Origin: a bacterium
Lineage (GTDB): Bacteria > Bacteroidota > Ignavibacteria > Kapaibacteriales > UBA2268
Reading direction: 5' to 3'
Assembly: GCA_024711295.1 (NCBI GenBank)
Contig: JANJTB010000039.1
Span: 8,319-72,318, forward strand
DNA: 64,000 bases
The translations under genes were made by a program, and so were the position numbers. Each line of letters starts with the position of its first letter. The stretch's first letter is position 1. The notes below the pieces were generated by a model, which searched no databases, had not been told where the DNA came from, and saw only the letters and a list, made by a program, of their open reading frames with translations. Positions 29,501 to 38,939 of this stretch are shown here, piece after piece.

Positions 29501-30469
29501 TCTTACGTAAAAGACATCCAAAATTATACTACCGATAAGTTAGAACCCTACCAGGAGTATTTTTGGAGAGTACGTGCTAAATCTGAAGAAAATTTTGGAT
29601 TATGGAACCAACCATTTAAATTTAAAACCAGAGTTGCAAAAATTGGTCTGAGATTCCCTGATAACAACACTGAAAACCATCCGGTATCAATTGGATTTAT
29701 ATGGTATCAAACAAAAGGGGCAATTACTTATCACCTCCAGATTGCCAATGATTCGGAGTTTAATGATTTGATTTTTAGTCAAGATACAATCAGGGGCACT
29801 ACGCACATTTTTTCACAGCTTAATCCGGGTTCAGATTATTTTTGGAGAGTACGAGCTGTTTCCCCCGAAGGTGTAGGTGAGTGGTCAGAGGTATGGACTT
29901 TTTCCACAGGTAGTAATATTCCTGTATTGTTAGCACCGCTTAATGAAAAAGCCGATGTTGTAATTCCTGTCAAATTTGAATGGGTATCAGTTGCAGGCGA
30001 TGTTAAGTATGAACTTCAAGTTTCTGAGTTAACAACTTTTACAAATTATGCCTACAAAAAGGATGACTTAACCGAAAGCCAGGTAACAATTAGTTCGTTG
30101 GAGTTTCCAAAAGTGTATTATTGGCGTGTACGAGCATTATCAAAAGATGGCACTTCACCATGGTCGCAAGTTTGGAGATTTGGAACTGTTGACCCTGTAT
30201 CTGTAAGCGAAATTATCAATTTAAATCCTGCTAATTTGTATCCAAACCCTGCTACTGATATGTTGAATGTAATTTTAGGTGAACTCGAAAGCCAAGATAT
30301 AAAAGTAAGCATCTCAGATATAAATGGTAATGAATTGTTAAATTATAATACTTTTCTGAACGGTCATTTGTTGAAAGTTGATTGTTCGAAGCTAAACTCA
30401 GGCATTTATCACATAAATATAATCAGTAGTAAAAAAATGTATATTTGTGAGTTTATAATAGTTAGATAA
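26591..30469 (+). CDS. Large (1292 aa) secreted protein with an N-terminal BNR/Asp-box beta-propeller, eight tandem FN3-like domains sharing a YYWRVRA motif, and a T9SS C-terminal sorting domain
   Basis: Signal peptide. Repeated GGG(I/V)Y(K/L)S plus S-x-D/N-x-G-x-(T/S)-W BNR motifs (SGNNGDTWS, SKDKGNNWI, TTDDGATWT, SLNNGVNWI...). Eight ~95-aa units each ending (Y)YWRVR(A/S)..N..S.WS..W.F.T. C-terminus LYPNPATDMLNVIL...GIYHINIIS...FIIVR is CTD-like. Confidence 0.75.
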   Translation: MKIAKKFHSFAFIILLTLTLGWVEGYSQDLFGTLSNLPTSYITKGKVTLSGDIFITVWGGGVYKSGNNGDTWSLQSTGLNHFLLTDIEFIGSSEAIVSTMGGGIYKTTSMTNINWKQSNSGLTNMNVKTIKTYPNGWIMIGTYGGGIFLSKDKGNNWINVSQGLLYRDITSIEVADNGWVLAGTYGGGIFQSRDTTKSWTRQNSGLKNLFINDIKRSDKNYLYAATNGRGVYISVNDGIVWSELDTFMTRPLKVNPVPLPDLNTTCITFNSLSSPVFGSRYGGIYAEDLVEDMTWVPTNQRGIGVNSLAKWKAYMYSFFPFRDPYKTDGNGESWTAMKGETITNMGLIPKIFARNDREIIAYYQNYVKKTTDDGATWTVLGATPTPINKIAMDSIGNYYAATEKGLFRSDGSLQSWSLVKCLDTNVYDVEVSPRGSIFIITRYFKMPEPPATPIDVRIAWFTTDGTTWQKAPIDFDLREIPPTEVSINYNANVYISSNKAIYYSLNNGVNWIVSQTKFDKDVNSISFLRDNTVIVGTGGAGLWKSTLPGTFERIWSYPANSVEIVHVTRDNKIFASGTNILIDDAYSSYQATYASFDTLLTFVNINNNFNAEPITSFTSSKSSDFYMATNSGMIYRAINPANLKTPILLTLPDKAVDIGTGSVFSWTADPRADLYQLEISYNDDFSYVWESVTLSDTTYQNTIVPASYHKYYWRVRSKNHSAVSNWSPVRTFISKLETPKLHLPADKSLNIPVYAVLNWYLVEGSQKYKIQISEKSDFSSISFEWESNDTSTTSPLLKGRTKYYWRVMALNNDVTSNWSGSWSFETVFGPPLLLSPPDNSFGNEIYTIMTWEKASEVDEYDIQIASDTEFKNIVYEKNGILSLSTNLIEPLEFNKLYYWRVRSRNGQVTSEWSLISKFLTAYSFVTLESPPHESLNIPVNTEFTWKEHESVNSFEIEISKVHNFSNNVDLSYVKDIQNYTTDKLEPYQEYFWRVRAKSEENFGLWNQPFKFKTRVAKIGLRFPDNNTENHPVSIGFIWYQTKGAITYHLQIANDSEFNDLIFSQDTIRGTTHIFSQLNPGSDYFWRVRAVSPEGVGEWSEVWTFSTGSNIPVLLAPLNEKADVVIPVKFEWVSVAGDVKYELQVSELTTFTNYAYKKDDLTESQVTISSLEFPKVYYWRVRALSKDGTSPWSQVWRFGTVDPVSVSEIINLNPANLYPNPATDMLNVILGELESQDIKVSISDINGNELLNYNTFLNGHLLKVDCSKLNSGIYHINIISSKKMYICEFIIVR

Positions 30470-30627
30470 CTTCCTGAAAAATATTTGAAGAATATCAAAA
30501 GTGTTGTATTTGTAAAGGTACAACACTTTTTTTATAAAGAACTGTACATCTTTGGTAACAAAAAGCTGAAAATATTGTTTTTCTTGTAAAAAAGTGTTAA
30601 ATTAGTGAATTATTGTGGGGAATAGAT

Positions 30628-33600
30628 ATGAAAAGAATTCTTACTTTTTTAATTATATTTTTTATTCAGATTACAGTATCCAACTCTCAGTATTGGAAAG
30701 AGATTAAATCTATTCCACCACCGTTTAATACTAATTATTGGCTTGATGTCTTTTTTCATCCCTCAAACTCCAGTTTTGGGTGGGTTTGCGGATTCAATGG
30801 TATGGTTATCCGAACAACCGATGGTGGTAACTCCTGGTTGGGATCTACAGTTCCGAATGCCTATCATCTTGAGCATATACATTTTCCGACTCTTACAGTA
30901 GGATATACTTCCGGACCTGAAGGTATTTTCAAGACAACAAATGGTGGACAAAATTGGTTCGATATAACACCGGATCTTACCAAAAACTATTGGGGGTGCT
31001 ATTTTATTGATGCTAATATCGGGTTAGTTTTGGCAGAAGGATGCAACGGTACCCAAAATTTCTACAAGACTACTAATGGTGGTACAAATTGGACAAATTT
31101 TCCGGGAAGCGAGGCAAATAGTGGCTTGACAGATCTGATTTTGTATGATGCAAACGGTCTGGGATATGCAGTATCAAGCGGGAAAATCTGGCAGACAAAT
31201 AATGGAGGTAGTTCCTGGGCAGTAATTGCTTCATCAGGTACTAATGTTTGGAATGAAGAAATAGCTCATTCAGGCTCATCTTTTTTAGTACCTTATGCCG
31301 GAACAACCTGCAGCGGCCAGGGCGGAGACGGTGGTATGAGATTCTCAAATGATATGGGTGCTAATTGGAGATCTTTTCAAACAGGTTTTTCTATGTTCGG
31401 GACTTACCTTATTGATGGATCAAAAGGATGGGCTTGTGGCGATAACAGAGGTGTTTATTACACATCTGACGCAGGACAGAGCTGGGTTTTACGAAATTGC
31501 GGAATCCCGGATGAAACTAATCTTGATGATGTTTGGTTTGTAAACGAAAATTTAGGTTATGTAGTAGGGCATGGAGTTTATAGACTCTCCGGTGCTGAAC
31601 AATTTGTTTCCAAAGATACACTGAAGTTTGACAATCTTTGCAAAAATGAAAATTTAACTGATAGTTTACTTATATCAAATTTATCATTTTCGCAAGCAAA
31701 TGTAGAACTTGCACTAGTAAACAATACAGGCAATCATTTCAGATTGATAAGCCCAAATCCAAATATCGTTCTAAATTCCTGCGAAGAGAAAGTCGTCACT
31801 ATTATGTTTGCTCCAACTGACGAAAATTCTCATGAAGCAAAGCTAAGGATAACATTTAACCCTGGTACAGGAAACGAAAAAATATATTTTATTGAATTGA
31901 TTGGAATTGTAAGAAAATCTACAGCATTCCCCCAGGATACTCTGATTGTTGTAAATAACCTAAATTGTAGTGTCACAAGAGTTATAAATTTACCCTGGTT
32001 TAGCGAAACATTAGGTGAGCAAATAATTGGCGTTGATAATTTAAATAAATCTTCAAACATTCTCCTAACAAGCCCCATACCACTTAAGTTGATTCCACCA
32101 GTTACAAATACAGCATTTACGATTACTCTTATTGATACAGGCTGGTATGAGGCAAGATATAAATTTACACTTTTCCCTTGTAACCGCGATACTTTTGTTA
32201 CTGTAAGGGCTTATGGTGCATCTCCAATTATTTCTCATAGAGCAAAACAGCAGTTAAATTCAACATGCCGTTCAATTATTTACGACACAATAAGAGTATT
32301 TAACACCGGTAATGATGTCCTGAATATATCTGATGTTTGGTTAAGTCCTGAAATTAATGAGTTCGAAATTATTGGATGGGTAAATGTTAGTTTGCCCATG
32401 AAAATTGATAGAGGTGGTTTTGAAGACCTCATAATAAGTTATCGACCAGTAACATCTGGTACACATATCACCCGACTTGCTATCGCCAATAATGATTCGA
32501 CAAGAATTTTTGGTTTCAAAAATCCTTATTACATTGATTTGAGAGGAGTTTCATCAATTACTAATCTCACGGACACGATTAGAATTGATTTTGGCAATTT
32601 ATGTATTGGTGAAACTAAATCAGATGTCAAAATAATCAGGAATACAGGTAATTTAGACGCAGAAGTAAATATTGAAAGTACTCCTGAAGAATTGAAACTT
32701 ACTATAAGTGATATTAATTCAATTATCAAGAAAAATGATTTAACAAGATTGACTGCTGTTTTTACGGCATCTAAGGTTGGAAAATTTAACTACGAAATCC
32801 AAATGAGTTCAAAACCTTGTGATGAAAAGACACTAATACTAATATCGGCTAATGTCATAAAAAATGATCTGGAGGTTACGCCTGATAAGATTTCAGGATT
32901 AGTCAAGGTTGGTGAAAGTATCGAAAAGGTCGTCAGAGTTCAGTCATTGAGTAGTTTTGATGTAAATATTAAGTCTGTAACCATTACTCCAGGCAGCAGT
33001 GATTGGCAATATTCCGTAAAACCCTTGTTGCCAATGGTTTTACTTTCCGGACAGGGTACTGATTTTACAATGACTTTTAATCCAACCAATGCAGGAAAAT
33101 TTCAGGGTAAAGTTGTTATAGAAACTGAAGGGCTTTGTAATGAGACTTATTATGTTGATATTGATTTATCCAGTTTCAGTAAATTTGTAGATATCAACCC
33201 GACAAGTATAGACTATGGAAATTTTTTCTGCGAATATAATTATCAAGATAAAGAAATTAAAATCAGCAACTTGGGATTTTCTCAAGACACTATTTCTAAA
33301 ATTGAGTTAATTCAGGATTCTGATGTGTTCGAAATAATAAATTTGCCTGAAATTCCTTTATTAATCGATGCAAAAGATGAATTTACCCTTCAGGTTAGAT
33401 TTAAGAAGCAGGATTTAGAGGGAATATTTACAGGAAATATTATAATTGAAACAATTGGTGATGATGGCCAGAATTTTATTATTCCTCTAAAGGCAAATTA
33501 TTCAAAATCAATTATTAATCCCGAATCACACTCGATTAATATGGGCGAATTTGAGTTATGCTCTGAGCCTAGGTCAGTAGAATTTAAGTTCAAGAACTTA

Positions 33601-34848
33601 GGGCTTCTTGGCGATAAGATTATCCTCAAGTCCAACAATAATTCTGATTTATTTAGGCTGCTACAAACTGAGGCTTCAATAGCACCTGATGAAGAAGTAA
33701 TATTTAAAGTTACATTTGACCCAATATTTGCAAATAACACAGGGAATTACAAGTGTGAAATTACTTTCATTACTGAAACATGCTTTCGGGAACTCAAGAT
33801 ATTTTTTGAAGCAGACATAATTAAGTCTAAGCTTTCGGTATTACCTGATAAAGTTGATTTTGGATCAAAATGGAGTGAAGAAACCATTACAAAAAATATC
33901 AAACTGATTCACAACGGTGGACGAGAAATTACCATAAATGATGTTCTATTAGATAATAGTACTGATTACAAAATTATTGACACACCTATAGATAAGAAGC
34001 TAAAAAATGGTGAATTTATTGATTTTTCTGTTTCTTATATTTCGACTGACACAAATAATCACCAAGGTGAAATTATTGTTCATTATAGTTCCGATTGCCC
34101 GGACTCTGCAAAAATAGAATTGAATGGTTCGGTGCGTTCTGAGAGATATGATATTATCTTAAGTATTGACAGATATGAAGCACTTGCAGGTGATTTGATT
34201 GATATTTATGTTAAATTATCTGGTGGAAGTGATAGGTTAATTCCTGATGAAATTAGGCTTGAAATCAGTTTCGATAAGCAACTTTTTTACCCCAATAAAG
34301 TGTCTATTCTCGACAATGGAGTATTCTCTGACTTTTCTTACTCTTACTCAAGTGGAGTTATTTATGGGTTGATAAGCAAAGCAGCAGCTTCAAAAATATT
34401 ACAAAAGTCAGCTGAAATCGTTAAAATTCAAGGTATAGTTTTAGCTTCAATACCTGATTCAACCTTATTGAAAATATCGAAATTTGATGTTCTAAGTGAT
34501 AAGATTATTGATATTCAGAAGAAAGATGGTTTACTTAAAATTATTGACTATTGTATCGGAACTACTCAACTAAATCAGTTCAGGTATATTCCAAAATTCA
34601 CTGTATCATCCGGCTCTATCGCAAATAATGGTAAATTGAGCTATAGTATTCTATCCAGTACTGACTTAGATATATTTATTAATATCAAAGACCTTAATGG
34701 TAATGTTTGTGTAAATAATATTATTAAATCTTATACTTCTAATAATAGTTATGAACTTGATTTTAGCCTATTACCTTCTGGATTGTATTTTGTTGAATTC
34801 GAGTCACAATATCAAAAAGAAACCCTAAAGATTATAAACATAAAGTGA
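30628..34848 (+). CDS. Large (≈1406 aa from the ATG at 30628) secreted protein with an N-terminal BNR/Ycf48-like beta-propeller, ~9 choice-of-anchor-D-type Ig-like domains, and a probable T9SS CTD
   Basis: Signal MKRILTFLIIFFIQITVS. BNR motifs TTDGGNSW, TTNGGQNW, TTNGGTNW, TNNGGSSW, SDAGQSW. Repeated (I/V)DFGN..(I/C)GE...V.I.N.GN..L.I Ig-like units (e.g. IDFGNLCIGETKSDVKIIRNTGNLDAEVNI). C-terminal ...GLYFVEFESQYQKETLKIINIK beta-sandwich tail. Confidence 0.75.
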   Translation: MKRILTFLIIFFIQITVSNSQYWKEIKSIPPPFNTNYWLDVFFHPSNSSFGWVCGFNGMVIRTTDGGNSWLGSTVPNAYHLEHIHFPTLTVGYTSGPEGIFKTTNGGQNWFDITPDLTKNYWGCYFIDANIGLVLAEGCNGTQNFYKTTNGGTNWTNFPGSEANSGLTDLILYDANGLGYAVSSGKIWQTNNGGSSWAVIASSGTNVWNEEIAHSGSSFLVPYAGTTCSGQGGDGGMRFSNDMGANWRSFQTGFSMFGTYLIDGSKGWACGDNRGVYYTSDAGQSWVLRNCGIPDETNLDDVWFVNENLGYVVGHGVYRLSGAEQFVSKDTLKFDNLCKNENLTDSLLISNLSFSQANVELALVNNTGNHFRLISPNPNIVLNSCEEKVVTIMFAPTDENSHEAKLRITFNPGTGNEKIYFIELIGIVRKSTAFPQDTLIVVNNLNCSVTRVINLPWFSETLGEQIIGVDNLNKSSNILLTSPIPLKLIPPVTNTAFTITLIDTGWYEARYKFTLFPCNRDTFVTVRAYGASPIISHRAKQQLNSTCRSIIYDTIRVFNTGNDVLNISDVWLSPEINEFEIIGWVNVSLPMKIDRGGFEDLIISYRPVTSGTHITRLAIANNDSTRIFGFKNPYYIDLRGVSSITNLTDTIRIDFGNLCIGETKSDVKIIRNTGNLDAEVNIESTPEELKLTISDINSIIKKNDLTRLTAVFTASKVGKFNYEIQMSSKPCDEKTLILISANVIKNDLEVTPDKISGLVKVGESIEKVVRVQSLSSFDVNIKSVTITPGSSDWQYSVKPLLPMVLLSGQGTDFTMTFNPTNAGKFQGKVVIETEGLCNETYYVDIDLSSFSKFVDINPTSIDYGNFFCEYNYQDKEIKISNLGFSQDTISKIELIQDSDVFEIINLPEIPLLIDAKDEFTLQVRFKKQDLEGIFTGNIIIETIGDDGQNFIIPLKANYSKSIINPESHSINMGEFELCSEPRSVEFKFKNLGLLGDKIILKSNNNSDLFRLLQTEASIAPDEEVIFKVTFDPIFANNTGNYKCEITFITETCFRELKIFFEADIIKSKLSVLPDKVDFGSKWSEETITKNIKLIHNGGREITINDVLLDNSTDYKIIDTPIDKKLKNGEFIDFSVSYISTDTNNHQGEIIVHYSSDCPDSAKIELNGSVRSERYDIILSIDRYEALAGDLIDIYVKLSGGSDRLIPDEIRLEISFDKQLFYPNKVSILDNGVFSDFSYSYSSGVIYGLISKAAASKILQKSAEIVKIQGIVLASIPDSTLLKISKFDVLSDKIIDIQKKDGLLKIIDYCIGTTQLNQFRYIPKFTVSSGSIANNGKLSYSILSSTDLDIFINIKDLNGNVCVNNIIKSYTSNNSYELDFSLLPSGLYFVEFESQYQKETLKIINIK

Positions 34849-34855
34849 GATAAAA

Positions 34856-35455
34856 TTGTCCGTAGAATTTTGGGATGAAAGATTTGCTGCGAATGAATAT
34901 ATTTATGGAAAAAGCCCAAATAGTTACTTCAAATCAAAATTAGATAAGTTAAATTCAGGCAAGATTTTGCTGCCTGCCGAAGGAGAAGGTAGAAATGCTG
35001 TATATGCTGCTATTAATGGCTGGGATGTTTATTGTTTTGACCAAAGCATATCGGCAATGGAAAAAGCCGAAATTCTTGCCTCCGAAAACATGGTTAACAT
35101 TAACTACTTGATTGCAGATGCAGACGAAGTATATTACAAACATGATTTTGATGTCGTAGCATTCATTTTTTCTCATTTTCCAAATCACAATACATTACGT
35201 AAAATTTCAAATTTCACAAAAGAAAATGGTCATGTGATTTTTGAGTGTTTTTCCAAAAAACAAATTAAGTACCAGTTGGAGTTCAACTCCGGTGGTCCTA
35301 ACAATATTGATTTACTTTTCTCTTTAAACGATGTTGGTAAAATATTCAGAGATTTCGAAATTCTTGAGTTGTCAGAAGTGGAAGTCAATCTGAACGAAGG
35401 CAATTATCATAATGGTCCGGCATCGGTAATCAGATTTAATGGAGTTAAAAAATAA
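34856..35455 (+). CDS. Class-I SAM-dependent methyltransferase (TTG start as called in the ORF track)
   Basis: Rossmann motif I region ILLPAEGEGRNAVYAA and downstream acidic motif II (VYCFDQS), consistent with small-molecule methyltransferases of TPMT/TehB type. Substrate not assignable. Confidence 0.6.
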   Translation: MSVEFWDERFAANEYIYGKSPNSYFKSKLDKLNSGKILLPAEGEGRNAVYAAINGWDVYCFDQSISAMEKAEILASENMVNINYLIADADEVYYKHDFDVVAFIFSHFPNHNTLRKISNFTKENGHVIFECFSKKQIKYQLEFNSGGPNNIDLLFSLNDVGKIFRDFEILELSEVEVNLNEGNYHNGPASVIRFNGVKK

Positions 35456-35570
35456 CACTTGAAAATATATTCATATTTTCATATATTTTGTTTTAATTCG
35501 TCTTATAATTGAATTACAAATAAATTCACAAGAATAATTGTTTATAGAAAAATTTAAAAAGGAGATTAAA

Positions 35571-36512
35571 ATGCCTATTCATCATCAAGTTCTAATCATT
35601 GGAACAGGTCCTGCAGGATTTACCGCTGCACTTTATGCCAGCCGTGCAAACCTTGATGTAGCTATTTTTGAAGGTCAGCAGCCAGGTGGACAATTGACAA
35701 TTACTACCGAAGTTGAAAATTATCCAGGGTTTGAGCATGGTATTCAAGGTCCGGAAATGATGGAAGTTTTTAGAAAACAAGCTCAAAGATTCGGAGCTAA
35801 GTCAATTTACGAAACTATAACAAAGGTTGATTTTTCTGAGAGACCTTTTAAACTTTGGAGTGATAACAATGAATATACTGCTGATTCAGTAATTATTGCT
35901 ACCGGTGCTACAGCAAAGCTTCTTGATGTACCAAGCATGAAAACTTACTGGGGTTCAGGAATCTCTGCTTGTGCTACTTGTGATGGCTTCTTTTTCAGAG
36001 GTGAAAAGATATTTGTTATAGGTGGGGGTGACACAGCCATGGAAGAAGCAAATTATCTGACACATTTTGGGGAAAGTGTTACATTGGTGCATCGAAGAGA
36101 TGAATTCCGTGCTTCTAGAATTATGGTTGAAAGAACGAAGAAGAATCCTAAAGTTAAAATTATTACAAACGCTGTTGTTGACGAATTTATTGGTGAAGAA
36201 AAAATGGGTATTAAAAAAATGACCCATATTAAATTGAAAGATACCGTAACAGGTGAAACGACAATTCATGAAGCAGGTGGGTGTTTTATTGCAATTGGCC
36301 ATACACCTTCTTCAAAACTTTTTGAAGGTATGCTTGACATGGATGAAAACGGCTACTTAATTACAAAAGGTAAATCAACATATACAAATATTCCCGGTGT
36401 TTTTGCTTGTGGTGATGTTCAGGATCATGTTTACAGACAAGCAGTAACAGCTGCTGGATCTGGTTGTGCTGCAGCTATAGACGCAGAAAGATGGCTTGCT
36501 GAGCAAGAATAA
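35571..36512 (+). CDS. trxB: Thioredoxin-disulfide reductase
   Basis: FAD motif VLIIGTGPAGFTAALYA. Redox-active CATCDG. NADPH motif IGGGDTAMEEANYL. Perfect AAGGAG Shine-Dalgarno 7 nt before the ATG at 35571 (MPIHH). Confidence 0.9.
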   Translation: MPIHHQVLIIGTGPAGFTAALYASRANLDVAIFEGQQPGGQLTITTEVENYPGFEHGIQGPEMMEVFRKQAQRFGAKSIYETITKVDFSERPFKLWSDNNEYTADSVIIATGATAKLLDVPSMKTYWGSGISACATCDGFFFRGEKIFVIGGGDTAMEEANYLTHFGESVTLVHRRDEFRASRIMVERTKKNPKVKIITNAVVDEFIGEEKMGIKKMTHIKLKDTVTGETTIHEAGGCFIAIGHTPSSKLFEGMLDMDENGYLITKGKSTYTNIPGVFACGDVQDHVYRQAVTAAGSGCAAAIDAERWLAEQE

Positions 36513-36686
36513 TTATTAATAATGAACGAACTAAATGAACTCCGGTATCTTTATAGTGTCGGAGTTTTTTTATTTGAGACTAATAAATTATGTATAAAAA
36601 CTAAACAATTTGTTGAACAAAAAATAATTTATTATATTGCATTGCTTAATTTTAACATGTTGTAATATTGTTTTTGAGGTAGTTAT

Positions 36687-37682
36687 ATGAACAAAGTTGG
36701 AAAGATCATTCTATTCATTTTTTTGGGTATAGTCGGATTATTGGCTATCGCCTTCACCTATTTCATGATTGAATTCCCTAAAGTTGGAGATGCCCCTGAG
36801 CTAAAGGTTGATATTACCGAAGCGAGATTAGAAAGGGGAAAATATTTATTCCATAACGTTTCATTATGTGTGGATTGTCATTCACCTCGCGACTGGTCAA
36901 AATTTTCAGCACCACCGGATGAGTCAAAAATTGGAATTGGAAATAATGAGGATTTTTTAGAATCTACTATTGGGCTACCAGGTGATTTTTATGCTGCTAA
37001 CCTTACTCCTCATCATTTAAAAGATTGGAGTGATGGTGAGCTTTTCAGGGCAATTACATCCGGTGTAAGTAAGGATGGAAGGCCACTTTTCCCAATTATG
37101 CCTTATATGAACTATGGACAAATGAGTAAAGAAGATATTTATTCTATTATTGCATACATCCGAACTTTACCGGAATTAAAATCTGAAACTCCAGAACCAA
37201 AACCAAAGTTTCCTATGCAGTTTATTATGAAACTCATGCCAAAGGAGGCAACTTTTTCAGATATTCCACCAAAAACAGATAATGTTGCCTACGGAAAATA
37301 TATGATTACAGCTGCTGCTTGTTCCGATTGTCATACTCCACTAACAAAAGGGCAGCCAGTCTTGGACTCAGCTTTTTCAGGTGGTAGAGAATTTCCAATT
37401 CCAACCGGTGGAACTGTAGCATCAGCAAACATTTCACCCGATAAAAATACCGGAATCGGAACCTGGACAAAAGAACAGTTCATCAGCAGGTTTAAATCTT
37501 ATGCCGACTCGGGATTTGTATTCAAAGATATTGATAAAAATGAGTTCAATACTATTATGCCCTGGAAAAAATACGCAGGTATGAATGATGAAGATTTGGG
37601 AGCAATTTATGATTATTTAATGAGCATAAAGCCCATTAATAAGCGTGTTACCAGATTTGTTCCTTCTGTAGCAACTAAATAA
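36687..37682 (+). CDS. Membrane-anchored di-haem c-type cytochrome
   Basis: N-terminal TM helix ILFIFLGIVGLLAIAFTYFMI. Two CxxCH motifs (CVDCHS; CSDCHT), each followed by the usual distal Met/His-containing segments. Confidence 0.7.
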   Translation: MNKVGKIILFIFLGIVGLLAIAFTYFMIEFPKVGDAPELKVDITEARLERGKYLFHNVSLCVDCHSPRDWSKFSAPPDESKIGIGNNEDFLESTIGLPGDFYAANLTPHHLKDWSDGELFRAITSGVSKDGRPLFPIMPYMNYGQMSKEDIYSIIAYIRTLPELKSETPEPKPKFPMQFIMKLMPKEATFSDIPPKTDNVAYGKYMITAAACSDCHTPLTKGQPVLDSAFSGGREFPIPTGGTVASANISPDKNTGIGTWTKEQFISRFKSYADSGFVFKDIDKNEFNTIMPWKKYAGMNDEDLGAIYDYLMSIKPINKRVTRFVPSVATK

Positions 37683-37693
37683 TTTTTTATAAG

Positions 37694-37757
37694 TTGTGGG
37701 GTAACTAATTTCAATGTGATATTAAGATATTGTTAATTGAATTTAGTTACCCCACAT
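37694..37757. terminator. Perfect 14-bp inverted repeat (gttgtggggtaact / agttaccccacatt region) with a ~36-nt spacer between convergent cytochrome c and hppD genes. Possible bidirectional terminator or protein-binding site.
   Basis: tgtggggtaactaa ... ttagttaccccaca read directly from the sequence. Preceded on the plus strand by an ttttttat stretch. Confidence 0.4.
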
Positions 37758-37769
37758 TATTAATGAAAA

Positions 37770-38939
37770 TTATAGATTTCCTCTTCTTTCTTGGTCTCTT
37801 TCGATAGCTTCGAAAAGTGCAAGAAAATTACCTTGTCCAAATCCACTTGCACCCTTTCTGCGCTGGATTATCTCATAAAAGAAAGTTGGTCTGTCGAAAA
37901 GTGGTTTAGTAAATAACTGAAGTAAATAACCGCCGCTGTCTAATTCAACATCACATAAAATTCCCAGTCTTTCCAATTCTGAAATATCTTCTGTAACCAA
38001 ACCACCTCTTTCCTCACTTCTTTTGCGAATATCATCGTAATAAGTAGATGGAGGTGCATCCAAAAACTCAACTCCATTTTCCTTCATATTTGCTACAGTT
38101 TCGATAATGTTATTGGTTACAAGTGCCACATGTTGAATTCCGGATCCGTTATACTGCTCTGTAAATTCATCGATCTGCGATTTACGAGCTGCTTCAAGCG
38201 GCTCATTAATTGGATTTTTTATTACACTATCTTTAGAGCGAACTACTTTTGAAAGAAGTGCTGAGTATTTTGTTGAAATGTCTCCGGGACCAAAATATAT
38301 AAATGTTTCGAAATCAAGAGCTGAGTTTATATAACTTGCCCAATAATCCATTTCATTTACATATACATTACCAACAATGTGGTCAACAATCTTTAGGTTG
38401 GTTTCTTTTCTGCTTACCTGAATGTTCATTACAGGTTTTTCATATCCTGGTTTGAACAAGCCTTTATAATTATCATAATTGATGAAATTAATTTCTGTGT
38501 CATCATACAACCTGATTGCTGCCTGCTCAACAAAACCATCCTTATCCTCAAGTCTGTAAGGTTTTTTGATTGGAACCGCACCATTTTTAACTGCTTTTGA
38601 AAATGTTTCATTAACATTGACAACTTCAACACACCAACGTTTTACACCATCACCGTGCTTCTGAACAAATGAACTTATTTCGTACGTTCCGGGTTGTAAA
38701 GCTGATGTAATAACAATCTTCAAATTTGTTTTGGTAGCCAAAAGATAAGATACTCTGTCGCGGTGACCAGTTTCAGGTCCCAAATATCCAACCAAATCGA
38801 GACCTAATGCTTTCATGTGCCAAAAAGCAACTTGCTTGGCTGACCCAACATAAAATTCTACATAATCATAACCTCTAATTCCCATTGAATTTTGGGGAAT
38901 TTTTGATGGTACCCCACCATAACAAATATCCATATACAT
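37770..38939 (-). CDS. hppD: 4-hydroxyphenylpyruvate dioxygenase
   Basis: Two VOC/glyoxalase-like modules. N-terminal ...GYDYVEFYVGSAKQVAFWH... C-terminal GIQHVAL..., ...FGQGNFLALFEAIERDQ..RG (conserved HPPD C-terminal tail and iron-ligand region). GGAG Shine-Dalgarno upstream. Confidence 0.9.
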   Translation of the reverse strand: MYMDICYGGVPSKIPQNSMGIRGYDYVEFYVGSAKQVAFWHMKALGLDLVGYLGPETGHRDRVSYLLATKTNLKIVITSALQPGTYEISSFVQKHGDGVKRWCVEVVNVNETFSKAVKNGAVPIKKPYRLEDKDGFVEQAAIRLYDDTEINFINYDNYKGLFKPGYEKPVMNIQVSRKETNLKIVDHIVGNVYVNEMDYWASYINSALDFETFIYFGPGDISTKYSALLSKVVRSKDSVIKNPINEPLEAARKSQIDEFTEQYNGSGIQHVALVTNNIIETVANMKENGVEFLDAPPSTYYDDIRKRSEERGGLVTEDISELERLGILCDVELDSGGYLLQLFTKPLFDRPTFFYEIIQRRKGASGFGQGNFLALFEAIERDQERRGNL

